A DNA stretch of 45,340 nt from IMG/VR virus record IMGVR_UViG_3300025889_000015, positions 1 through 45,340 of that record. One strand, written 5' to 3'. This document shows, one piece after another, positions 22,333-30,457 of this stretch. Below the pieces are notes generated by a model. That model was not told the origin of the DNA. It ran no database searches and worked only from the letters and a program-made list of their open reading frames with translations. Positions within the stretch are counted from its first letter, which is position 1. Each line of letters starts with the position of its first letter. Origin of the DNA: a virus. The position numbers and the translations under genes are program-made.

Positions 22333-23493
22333 ATGAAGATTCTGCTTCAGGATCGTGCGGCCATCCCTGTTCCATCCCATCGCGAATACTCAGAAAACGG
22401 CTACCTCAAGGTGCCGGGACGGGTCGCGCTCGCGGGGAATGTACAGCAGTACCTGGCTAGCGAGCTGGGGCTTACGGATCGGCCAGGCAATACCGTCGTT
22501 AACGTCTATCGGCCGCCTGAATCGGTATTCGATCCGGCATCGCTGGCGACCTACGACAACGCGGACGTGACCGTCGAGCATCCGACCGAGATGGTCGATG
22601 CAGGCACGTTCAAGCGCGTAGCGGTCGGTCACGCAATCAGCCCCGGCCGGCAAGAGGGCATCGCCGTCGTCGTCGATCTCCTGATCAAGGATGCCGAGGC
22701 GATCAAGGCCATCGAAGGCGGCAAGGCTGAGCTTTCCGCTGGCTACCTCGCGGAGTACGTCGAGCAGCCTGGCACGACCCCAGACGGCACCCCCTACGAA
22801 TTCATCCAACGCGGCATCGCCGTGAACCATATCGCCTTGTGCGATCAAGCGCGTGCGGGCCGTCTCGCTCGCCTGTTTGACACCAAACCAGCCGAGGAGG
22901 CTGTCATGACTCATAAAGTAACGCTGGATTCTGGCGTCAAGATTGAGGTTGCTGACGAGGCATCCGCAGTCCTGCTCCAGTCCACCATCGACGGCCTCCG
23001 CAAAGCTGCGCGTGACGCCGAGGAAGCCAAGGCCAAAGCCGAAGCCGAGAAGGCCAAAGCCGAAGCCAAGGCCGACGCCCTGGACGAAGAGAACGAGGAA
23101 CTGAAAGAGAAGGCCTCGGAAGATTCGATCAGCAATCGCCTGGCTGATGTTCTGGCCGTCACCGATGCAGCCCGCAAGCTGGCCGGCACTGAATTCACCT
23201 GCGACTCCGTGAGCCCGATCGAGATCAAGCGCGCCGCTCTGGCCGTTCGCAATCCGAAGCGCGCCTGGGCAGACAAGGCTGAAGCCTACGTGCTGGCCGC
23301 CTGGGACTCCGAAATGGAGAAGAAGGAAGCCGAGGACGAGGAAGACGAGAAGAACAAGGGCAGCACGGCTGATTCTCACCGCCAATTCGGCGCTGATCTG
23401 GCGAACGTGCCGACCGGTGACGCACAACCAACCATCGATGCAGCCTATCAGGCCCGCATGGAACGTACTGCCAACGCCTGGAAGGGGAACTAA
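22333..23493 (+). CDS. DUF2213-like prohead protease/scaffold protein with a coiled-coil C-terminal half
   Basis: Trimmed to ATG 22333. The C-terminal half has EEAKAKAEAEKAKAEAKADALDEENEELKEKA. Confidence 0.6.
   Translation: MKILLQDRAAIPVPSHREYSENGYLKVPGRVALAGNVQQYLASELGLTDRPGNTVVNVYRPPESVFDPASLATYDNADVTVEHPTEMVDAGTFKRVAVGHAISPGRQEGIAVVVDLLIKDAEAIKAIEGGKAELSAGYLAEYVEQPGTTPDGTPYEFIQRGIAVNHIALCDQARAGRLARLFDTKPAEEAVMTHKVTLDSGVKIEVADEASAVLLQSTIDGLRKAARDAEEAKAKAEAEKAKAEAKADALDEENEELKEKASEDSISNRLADVLAVTDAARKLAGTEFTCDSVSPIEIKRAALAVRNPKRAWADKAEAYVLAAWDSEMEKKEAEDEEDEKNKGSTADSHRQFGADLANVPTGDAQPTIDAAYQARMERTANAWKGN
22906..23493 (+). CDS. Candidate nested in-frame scaffold protein (internal start)
   Basis: The in-frame ATG 22906 is preceded by GAGGAGG with a 5-nt spacer. 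The product is exactly the coiled-coil half. Confidence 0.4.
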   Translation: MTHKVTLDSGVKIEVADEASAVLLQSTIDGLRKAARDAEEAKAKAEAEKAKAEAKADALDEENEELKEKASEDSISNRLADVLAVTDAARKLAGTEFTCDSVSPIEIKRAALAVRNPKRAWADKAEAYVLAAWDSEMEKKEAEDEEDEKNKGSTADSHRQFGADLANVPTGDAQPTIDAAYQARMERTANAWKGN

Positions 23494-23496
23494 TCC

Positions 23497-23949
23497 ATGT
23501 CCGTTACTCAAGATACTTTCAGCCAGTACTCCGGTATCGGCTTCCACGGCCAGCAGAACACCGACTTCCCGTCGTGGATCAGCTCGCAGCACGCCGAAGG
23601 CGGCGCGATCCCGTTCGGCGTAGCGGTCAGCTTCGGTACTGCCGACCATCAGGCTGTACTCGGCGGCGCTGCATCGGCTGATCTGATCGGCGTGACCGTC
23701 CGCACTCAAGCGGTCGAGAACAACGCTGCCGGCGAATCCGTTTACGCCGAAGACAAGGCCATGTCCGTCATGGAGAAGGGCCGCATGTTCGTGACCGTCT
23801 CCGATGGCGCTACTCGTGGCGCTGCGGTGTACGTGGTTCCGGCTACTGGTGAGCTGGTTTCCACCGTCGGCACCAACGTGGCCCTGACCGGCGCCCGCTT
23901 CCTGCGCAGCTGTGCTGCCGGCGAAGTCTCTGAAATCGAAATCAAGTAA
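23497..23949 (+). CDS. Head decoration/cement-like protein (DUF2190-like)
   Basis: 150-aa protein lying between the scaffold and major capsid genes. Confidence 0.45.
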   Translation: MSVTQDTFSQYSGIGFHGQQNTDFPSWISSQHAEGGAIPFGVAVSFGTADHQAVLGGAASADLIGVTVRTQAVENNAAGESVYAEDKAMSVMEKGRMFVTVSDGATRGAAVYVVPATGELVSTVGTNVALTGARFLRSCAAGEVSEIEIK

Positions 23950-23960
23950 GGAGCGACACA

Positions 23961-24911
23961 ATGCGCCAGAACACCTTTGACGCCGGCCCAGCGGCCGCAA
24001 TGTCGTTCCTGATCAGTCAGCGGACGCACATCGAGACCAAGGTCTACGAGACCAAGTACCCCGACGTTACCTATGCCGAGCTGATCCCGGTCGACACCAG
24101 CGCTCCCGAGTGGGCGCCGATCGTTGCCGTTGCCTCGGTAGATGCTCGCGGCGAACTGGCCTTCGTTGGCCCGAACAGCAACGACATCAACCGCGCGGAC
24201 GTTGGCTACAAGCTGGGTACTCACCCGGTGCAGACCGCTGCGCTCGGTTACGGCTACAGCCTGGAAGAGATCAACCAGGCTCGACTGATGAACATGAATC
24301 TCAGCGCCGACAAGGCCGCTGCAGCCATGCGCATCGCCGAGCAAGGCCTGAACAAACTGGCATACCTCGGCAACGTCGAAGCCGGCTATGAAGGCCTGTT
24401 CAACACTGCAAGCGTTGGCGTTAGCGCTGCCGGTAGCACCATCGCCGCTCTGGTGGCTGGTGCGACTGACGTTGCGGGCGCTCAGGCCGTCGTGACCTTC
24501 TTCCAGCAGTCGATTGATCAGGTCTACCTGACCAACACGAACACCACGTTCGCGCCGACCCACATCATCCTCCCGCCTGCCCAGCGCAATCTGTTGGCAT
24601 CGGCCATCCTGCCGTTCGGCGGGAACATGACCCTGCTGCAGTACCTGGAGATGAATCTGGTATCGGGCCGCTCCGGCAAGGTCCAGTTCGTTCCGGACCT
24701 GAGCCTGAAGGGCGCGGGCGCTGGCGGCGTGGACCGCATGATGGTCTACACCCGCTCGGAAGAGACCGCCAAGTTCCATCTGCCGATGGGCTTCAACTTC
24801 CAGTCCCCGTATCAGGACACCGCTCTGTCGTGGTTCATCCCGGGCATCCTGCGTACTGGCGGCACTGAAATCCGCGTACCCAAAGCGCACCAGTACCGCG
24901 ACGGGGTGTAA
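23961..24911 (+). CDS. Major capsid protein (DUF2184/encapsulin-like HK97 fold)
   Basis: Called from position, size (316 aa) and the N-terminal pattern FLISQRTHIETKVYETKYPDVTYAELIPVD. Confidence 0.7.
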   Translation: MRQNTFDAGPAAAMSFLISQRTHIETKVYETKYPDVTYAELIPVDTSAPEWAPIVAVASVDARGELAFVGPNSNDINRADVGYKLGTHPVQTAALGYGYSLEEINQARLMNMNLSADKAAAAMRIAEQGLNKLAYLGNVEAGYEGLFNTASVGVSAAGSTIAALVAGATDVAGAQAVVTFFQQSIDQVYLTNTNTTFAPTHIILPPAQRNLLASAILPFGGNMTLLQYLEMNLVSGRSGKVQFVPDLSLKGAGAGGVDRMMVYTRSEETAKFHLPMGFNFQSPYQDTALSWFIPGILRTGGTEIRVPKAHQYRDGV

Positions 24912-24913
24912 TC

Positions 24914-25141
24914 ATGACCACGCTCACCAACGTGTCAAAGCAGTTGGTGGCCGTGACCGATGCCGGGGTGATGAAAGATATTCGCCCCGGCGCATCGGTC
25001 GACGTGGATGGTCGCCAGAACTGGAAAGATGACCTGTTCGTCAAGGCGGGATGGCTGAAGCTGTCCGAGCCTGAGCCGGTCAAAGCCGAACCTGAAAAGG
25101 TGGAGCCGCAAGAGACAAAGCCGACGCGCCGCAAGCGCTGA
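24914..25141 (+). CDS. Hypothetical head-module protein (75 aa) with a Pro/Glu-rich basic tail
   Basis: ORF-track entry, tightly packed after the capsid gene. Confidence 0.5.
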   Translation: MTTLTNVSKQLVAVTDAGVMKDIRPGASVDVDGRQNWKDDLFVKAGWLKLSEPEPVKAEPEKVEPQETKPTRRKR

Positions 25142-25293
25142 CGCACCGCCCCGCTTCGGTGGGGCACCAATTCCAGCATGCGGGCCATGTGCCGGCATGT
25201 TATGTTTCGTTTGCGGCTAGGGTAGCTCCCGAAAAGCGATTACCTCATCGCCTGCCGCATCCTATATAGAGGCATCGAAGCGAGGTATTCGAT

Positions 25294-25563
25294 ATGAGCG
25301 ACAAAATGCGAGAAGAGTTTGAGGCGGCATATCAAGCCGAGAGTGACGGCAGAGGGAAGTTTCAGCCGGCGCCGTTCACAACCTACCCGGATGGCGCCTA
25401 TGCAATTCCGATGGTGGATATGGCTTGGTGGGCATGGCAAGCATCCCGCGCTGCGCTGCTGATTGAGCTGCCCCGTGATGACGTATATTGCGACGATGAA
25501 GCCATAGCCGCACTGAACGACTGCCGCGAAGCCATCGAAACCGCAGGCGTGAAGTGCACCTAA
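25294..25563 (+). CDS. Small acidic hypothetical protein (89 aa), moron-like
   Basis: It is separated from both neighbours by non-coding DNA and followed by two hairpin terminators. Confidence 0.5.
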   Translation: MSDKMREEFEAAYQAESDGRGKFQPAPFTTYPDGAYAIPMVDMAWWAWQASRAALLIELPRDDVYCDDEAIAALNDCREAIETAGVKCT

Positions 25564-25583
25564 CCTAAACAGCAAGACCCAAG

Positions 25584-25606
25584 ACCCAGCCAAGTGCTGG
25601 GTTTTC
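25584..25606 (+). terminator. Intrinsic terminator
   Basis: Hairpin acccagc-caagt-gctgggt followed by tttcacatttt. Confidence 0.55.
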
Positions 25607-25615
25607 ACATTTTAG

Positions 25616-25638
25616 GCCTCGCATCTGCGGGGCTTTTT
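25616..25638 (+). terminator. Intrinsic-terminator-like hairpin, twin of 16634..16656
   Basis: gcctcgc-atct-gcggggc followed by ttttt. The following 11 nt (gcattctggag) are also identical to the first copy. Confidence 0.6.
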
Positions 25639-25655
25639 GCATTCTGGAGCGCCGC

Positions 25656-26072
25656 ATGGATATCACCGCTGACATTGTGCAGGCCTTCCGTGGCTACTAC
25701 AGCGAGTTCGCCGACACAGCCGCTTGGCCTGACGCCGACGTGATCCGCGCGCTTGAAGAAGCCGACGACGAGACGGGCGCCCGCTGGGGTGCCTACAAGC
25801 ATCGCTCGATCAAGCTGCGGGGGATGTTCGCCTTTGCTGCGCATCGCCTCGCTATGGGCAGCCTGCGCCGATCTGTGGTCGAGAATGGTGGCATGGCTTC
25901 GATGCCTTACGCCGTATCGAGCAAGTCGGTTGCTGATGAGTCGGTTTCCTACGCGGTGCCGAGCCCGACAGTGGCTGAGCAGATCGCAAACGGTGATTTG
26001 ACGTTGACTATCTACGGGCTCGAGTTCCTGCGCCTGCGTAAGCGTGCCGGGGCCGGCGCCCTGATGGTGTAG
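25656..26072 (+). CDS. Head-tail connector/adaptor protein (DUF4054-like)
   Basis: Called from position and recalled family resemblance. Confidence 0.45.
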   Translation: MDITADIVQAFRGYYSEFADTAAWPDADVIRALEEADDETGARWGAYKHRSIKLRGMFAFAAHRLAMGSLRRSVVENGGMASMPYAVSSKSVADESVSYAVPSPTVAEQIANGDLTLTIYGLEFLRLRKRAGAGALMV

Positions 26073-26074
26073 CC

Positions 26075-26542
26075 GTGAAAATGCACACGTCCGTAGCGGG
26101 CGGCGACAGGCTCGGCACCAAACTCCGGCAGATCCGCGAGCGTCTGCAGAAGAACAGCGGCGTGCTCATTGGGTTGCCGGCCGGGACAGGCAGTTACGAA
26201 GACGGCGCACCCATTGCGGTGATTGCAGCGGTTCAGGAGTTTGGCTCGGCAGACGGGCGAATCCCTGAACGATCGTTCCTGCGTGTGCCGCTGCGGCAGA
26301 ACGCTGAGACATTTCAAGCCATCTGGCGCGCTCAAGTCCCGAAGGTGGTAGACGGCGACATGACGATGCACCAGGTGATGAGCCAGCTAGGCGCCCGCGC
26401 GGTTGCGGTGAGCCAGGAGGCCATCTCTGAAGGCATTGCGCCGGAAAACGCCGAGTCGACCAAGAAGCGCAAGGGTTCCAGCAAGCCGCTGATCGATACC
26501 GGCGCGCTTCGGCAGTCAATTACTTTCATCGTCGAGGACTGA
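26075..26542 (+). CDS. HK97 gp10-like head-tail joining protein
   Basis: AAVQEFGSADGRIPERSFLR...KPLIDTGALRQSI fits the gp10-family pattern. Confidence 0.55.
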   Translation: MKMHTSVAGGDRLGTKLRQIRERLQKNSGVLIGLPAGTGSYEDGAPIAVIAAVQEFGSADGRIPERSFLRVPLRQNAETFQAIWRAQVPKVVDGDMTMHQVMSQLGARAVAVSQEAISEGIAPENAESTKKRKGSSKPLIDTGALRQSITFIVED

Positions 26543-26544
26543 TC

Positions 26545-26955
26545 ATGTTGAGCATGCAGGACCATATCGACGGCACGTTCAACAGCCCGGTCGAGGGTGG
26601 GGTGAAGCGGCTCAAGCCCGCAACTGGCGGCGGCTACACCGGCCCGGGCGGAACATGGCAAGACGGCGCTCCGGCTGAAGAGATCACGCTGACCCGCGTG
26701 AACATCCAGCCGGCCAGCCTGAAGACGATGCAGATCCTCGTCGCCCTGGGCGGAACGGCTAACCCGCAAGACGTTCGGCTCGTGCATATCAACGACGGGG
26801 TGAACTACCTCTATCCCGACGACGACGGCAAGTTCGCGGACCTCCTTGAGTTCTCCGACGGCGTAGCGGTGCGTCAGTGGCGCGTCATCCAGTGTGATAA
26901 CCGGCCCTGGCGGAACTTCTGCAAGGCCATCGTCGAACGATTCCGGGGGTCTTGA
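26545..26955 (+). CDS. Hypothetical neck/tail-completion protein
   Basis: ORF-track entry in the tightly packed module. Confidence 0.5.
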   Translation: MLSMQDHIDGTFNSPVEGGVKRLKPATGGGYTGPGGTWQDGAPAEEITLTRVNIQPASLKTMQILVALGGTANPQDVRLVHINDGVNYLYPDDDGKFADLLEFSDGVAVRQWRVIQCDNRPWRNFCKAIVERFRGS

Positions 26956-27500
26956 TGGAAACCATCGAAGAGCTTCACCCGGTCTTTCAGCAGCTCGTTC
27001 AGCTCGCTACGGGTGTCGACACAGTGATTCTCGCCAACCAGGGCAAGCCAGCGCCGGCCGGGCTGTATGCGACCTATCTGCCTGTTCCGGTGCGCGCGTA
27101 TGGGCACGTCAGGCGCGAGCGGACAGACGTACCAGCAACCGAGCCATTCGACCCGGAACTAGGCGAATGGACGGACTTCGACGAGAAGGCGTTGACCTCG
27201 ATGCAGTTCATCCTCTCGGTGAACATCCTCAACGAGGGCGCAGCCACGGCAGCGATGAAGCTGCATAACGCGAACTTCCGAGGGCCTATCTCGAAGTTCC
27301 TGTTCGAAAACAAAATCGCTTGGCGCTACGTCAGCGATACGCGAAACCTGACCGGGCTCATGCAGGCCGGTGTTCAACCGCGTTACCAATCGGACATTCA
27401 CCTCTTCATTGAGGCGTCTGTCTCCTACACCGTCCTGCGCGCTGCAGGATTCAGCCTTGAACTGTCCGACGAAACCGGCAACCCACTGAACGGAGCCTGA
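26955..27500 (+). CDS. Hypothetical neck/tail-completion protein
   Basis: ATG 26955 forms a TGATG overlap. Confidence 0.5.
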   Translation: METIEELHPVFQQLVQLATGVDTVILANQGKPAPAGLYATYLPVPVRAYGHVRRERTDVPATEPFDPELGEWTDFDEKALTSMQFILSVNILNEGAATAAMKLHNANFRGPISKFLFENKIAWRYVSDTRNLTGLMQAGVQPRYQSDIHLFIEASVSYTVLRAAGFSLELSDETGNPLNGA

Positions 27501-27501
27501 C

Positions 27502-28659
27502 ATGGCCTATCCTGTCGACAACATTATCCCCGTCAACGTCATCATCAGCCCGTCCGGCCTGGGTTATGCCAACTTCTCCAGCGCGTTCGTATTCGCTGAT
27601 CAGGCTGACCTCGCCTCGCTGGTGACCTTCGACGCGAACACGTACCGCGACTATGCGACCACTTCCGAAGTCGCCGAAGACTTCGCTACTGACAGCGCGG
27701 TCTACCACATCGCGACCCGCTACTTCGCGCAGATCCCGAAGCCGCCGCAAATCAGCGTGTGGATGAAAGACCCGCTTGACACCGGCATCGTCGACACGCT
27801 CAACAAGGCGGCCGACGAAGCCTGGCGCTATCACCAGTTCCTCAAGCTGTCCGACCTCACCGAAGCGAACGCGCTGGCGGTGGGCGACTGGGGCGATGCG
27901 AACAGCCGCGCTATCTGGGCAACCTTCAGCGCTGCCGGCATCCTCGATCCGCAGTCCGACACTGACATCATGTCTGTGCTGCAGGCCAAGGGTAATCGCC
28001 ATATGTTCGCCGGCTTCAAGTCGAGCGGCCAGGTAGCGACCGACCCGACCCAAGCCTATGCCATGTGCCAGCTTGCCGCGGCGTTCCACAAGTTCCGCCC
28101 CAACGGCCAGCGCACCGCCATTACCGGCGAGTTCCAGGTGCTGCCAGGCGTCATGGGCGATGACCTGTCGACCACGGCCTATAACGCGCTGACCGCCAAG
28201 AATGGCGTGTTCTTCACGCAGATCGAATTGGCAGGCCAGACCGACAACAGCCGAGTGATCAACTCCAAGTCAATGTCCAGCTTCGGCGAGTTCATCGATG
28301 ACGTGGTGAACCTTGATGTGCTGAAAAACTACCTGCAGGTCGATGGTTACAACTACATCGCAGGCGCTGGCACCAAGCGTCCTCTCGATCAGCGCGGCTA
28401 TGCCGGCCTGCTGGATGTCCTGGGCGCTACCTGTAAGAAGTTCTTCGACAACGGCGTGCTGGGCACTGGCACTTACATCGACCCAATGGACGGCGTAACC
28501 AAAGTCGCAGATTACGGGTTCGTGATCATGTCGAAGCCGGAAGACGTGCTGAGCCTGTCCGTAGCCGACAAGCGCGCCCGCAAGTTCCCGCTCACCACCA
28601 TCTATGTCGTCCTGGCTCGCGCCGGCCACGTCGCAGAAATCAACGTCAACGTCGAATAA
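27502..28659 (+). CDS. Tail sheath protein (DUF3383-like)
   Basis: 385-aa protein directly upstream of the tube and chaperone genes, with recalled family resemblance. Confidence 0.6.
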   Translation: MAYPVDNIIPVNVIISPSGLGYANFSSAFVFADQADLASLVTFDANTYRDYATTSEVAEDFATDSAVYHIATRYFAQIPKPPQISVWMKDPLDTGIVDTLNKAADEAWRYHQFLKLSDLTEANALAVGDWGDANSRAIWATFSAAGILDPQSDTDIMSVLQAKGNRHMFAGFKSSGQVATDPTQAYAMCQLAAAFHKFRPNGQRTAITGEFQVLPGVMGDDLSTTAYNALTAKNGVFFTQIELAGQTDNSRVINSKSMSSFGEFIDDVVNLDVLKNYLQVDGYNYIAGAGTKRPLDQRGYAGLLDVLGATCKKFFDNGVLGTGTYIDPMDGVTKVADYGFVIMSKPEDVLSLSVADKRARKFPLTTIYVVLARAGHVAEINVNVE

Positions 28660-28671
28660 GGATTCTGACCC

Positions 28672-29076
28672 ATGGCTATGTATCGCTACGGTGCCGACGG
28701 CGCCAACCTGACCGTGTTCGGCATCCCTATTTCTGAGTTTGGCGATTCCGACCCGGCTATCACCATCGAAGACATCGAGCAGCGTTCTACCCTGAAGCGC
28801 GGCATCGGCCGGACTTCGGTGCGTCTGGACAACCAGACCCGGCCCAAGCGGCTCACTATCAACCTGATGCCCGGCTCTGACGAAGTGCGCCAGATCCTCG
28901 CCGCGGAGAAGTCCGGCGTCGACGCGACGTTCAGCTTCCGCCAGTCGGGCACCGTCGAGATGGTTGCTGGCTTCGATGGCGTGCTGGTTACCCGCGGCTC
29001 CATGGGGCGTGCTGGCAAGACTAGCGTTTCCGATGAGTCGTTCGTGTTCGAGTTCGCGGACAGCGAGGAAACCTAA
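28672..29076 (+). CDS. Tail tube protein (DUF3277-like)
   Basis: 134-aa protein between the sheath and chaperone genes. Confidence 0.55.
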   Translation: MAMYRYGADGANLTVFGIPISEFGDSDPAITIEDIEQRSTLKRGIGRTSVRLDNQTRPKRLTINLMPGSDEVRQILAAEKSGVDATFSFRQSGTVEMVAGFDGVLVTRGSMGRAGKTSVSDESFVFEFADSEET

Positions 29077-29471
29077 TGGCTCGCTCATTCACCGTTGAAG
29101 CTGGAGGCGTCGAGTTCAAGGGCTCCACGGCCCCAGCTAAGGCGCAAATCGAGATGCTGCACATTGCGGGGCGGACGGGCTTGATCGTCTCCCTGCAGGA
29201 GAAAGCGTCCGATATGGCCCTTGTGGTCGCGCTGACGCAGATTCACCCGGACGACTTCACCGCACTGCGCAAGCTGTGTTTTGTGTCCGGCAAGGAAGAT
29301 CTTGTAGTTCGCGCTGCGGACAACGTGCCGGTAGGTGAGAACCTGTTTCAGGACGCTCCGCAGGACTTCTACCTGCTGGTCGGCCGGGCGCTGGTGGAAA
29401 ACCTCAGCCCTTTCTGGCAGCTCCGCAAAGCAACCGTCGAAGGCTCGGCGGAGCAGACAGCGAGCCACTAA
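29076..29471 (+). CDS. Tail assembly chaperone (short, zero-frame form)
   Basis: It lies upstream of the tape measure gene and contains a slippery heptamer. Confidence 0.5.
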   Translation: MARSFTVEAGGVEFKGSTAPAKAQIEMLHIAGRTGLIVSLQEKASDMALVVALTQIHPDDFTALRKLCFVSGKEDLVVRAADNVPVGENLFQDAPQDFYLLVGRALVENLSPFWQLRKATVEGSAEQTASH

Positions 29472-29647
29472 ACCCGTTTGTGGACTGGTTCCTCTGGCGT
29501 CCGTGCGCGGGCCTGGGGGCAACCTGTCCACCGCTGGCGAAGTGGTCGGACATGCTCGACGGAACCTACGATCTGGTTGACGTGCAAATGATGCACTGCG
29601 TCATGGACGAGATTGAGCATCAGGTGGAGCGTGCTCTCAATAAGTGA
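29076..29647 (+). CDS. Tail assembly chaperone, -1 frameshift-extended form
   Basis: The zero-frame heptamer C CCT TTC lies at 29408..29414. The -1 frame is open from 29339 to TGA 29645..29647, and that TGA overlaps the next ATG as TGATG. Confidence 0.4.
29408..29414 (+). promoter_or_regulatory. Candidate -1 programmed frameshift slippery site CCCTTTC
   Basis: X XXY YYZ pattern in the correct phase of 29076..29471. Confidence 0.4.
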
Positions 29648-29940
29648 TGGCGCTGCGCTATTCTGCGGTCATGAAGAAACTGCGCGTCAGCTACGAGCTC
29701 GTCGACGACAAGGGCGAAATCATTTACAGCCGTGTCCACGAGATGCGGCCAAGTGATGGCGTGCCTGGTCGTCCGATGAAGCTCAAAGCAAACGGGTCAG
29801 GGCTGCAGATCGCCGTACATAACGAAGCTGTTGCCTTCTGGCGCGAGCTGGTCATGCTTGGGCATCTGGACGACTACGTGAGGTCGCAGCACATGCCGAT
29901 GCTGCTTCCGCCAATGGATGGGGATGAAGAATGCGAGTAG
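29647..29940 (+). CDS. Hypothetical protein (97 aa), moron gene 1
   Basis: Inserted between the tail chaperone and tape measure genes. Confidence 0.5.
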   Translation: MALRYSAVMKKLRVSYELVDDKGEIIYSRVHEMRPSDGVPGRPMKLKANGSGLQIAVHNEAVAFWRELVMLGHLDDYVRSQHMPMLLPPMDGDEECE

Positions 29941-30395
29941 TGGCGGCCCTGCTCTTGTTGCCCGCGCTGGTTTATGCCGTTGCGCCTGGCGAGAAGACCG
30001 ATCAGCAGTTCATGGCTGACGCCGAGACGATCTGTCAGCACGACGCAACCGAGCGAGGCGAGACCGAGCCCCGACAGTTTGCTTACTGCATGGAAAGGCA
30101 GCGTGACGGGCTGGCTCGGGTAACCAGTCACAGCGCGCAGTACACCCAAATGTTCTACGCCGAAGTGTCGTACCCATATTGCTACGGCGAGTGGACGAAT
30201 CGCGATATCTCTAACGTCCGAATGATTGCTTACTGCCTAGATCAAGAGATCGAAGGCTTCAAGGATGTCCGCTATTACTCTGGCAAATTCGGCGAGGATC
30301 GCGTTCACGAAATCGTGATGCCGGTGCTCAATGACCTGCACTCTTGGCGGGCTGCCGGGAATGCCGTTAAGAGGCAGCTTGACCCTGCCCCATAG
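29931..30395 (+). CDS. Secreted Cys-containing hypothetical protein (154 aa), moron gene 2
   Basis: Signal-peptide-like N-terminus MRVVAALLLLPALVYA-VAPG. Several Cys residues in the mature part. 10-nt overlap with gene 1. Confidence 0.55.
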   Translation: MRVVAALLLLPALVYAVAPGEKTDQQFMADAETICQHDATERGETEPRQFAYCMERQRDGLARVTSHSAQYTQMFYAEVSYPYCYGEWTNRDISNVRMIAYCLDQEIEGFKDVRYYSGKFGEDRVHEIVMPVLNDLHSWRAAGNAVKRQLDPAP

Positions 30396-30412
30396 CTACT
30401 CGGTAGAAACAG

Positions 30413-30434
30413 ACCCGCTTCGGCGGGTTTTTTA
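30413..30434 (+). terminator. Intrinsic terminator (UUCG tetraloop)
   Basis: Hairpin acccgc-ttcg-gcgggt followed by tttttt. Confidence 0.75.
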
Positions 30435-30457
30435 TTGCCCGAATTTAGGAGTTCACC

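Noticed and set aside
22390-24000. 536-aa minus-strand ORF, plus 23742..24890 (382 aa)
   Set aside because: They are antisense to the coherent scaffold/decoration/capsid genes. They are low-complexity and Arg/Gly/Ala-rich, with no RBS or operon context. These are typical shadow ORFs of high-GC DNA.
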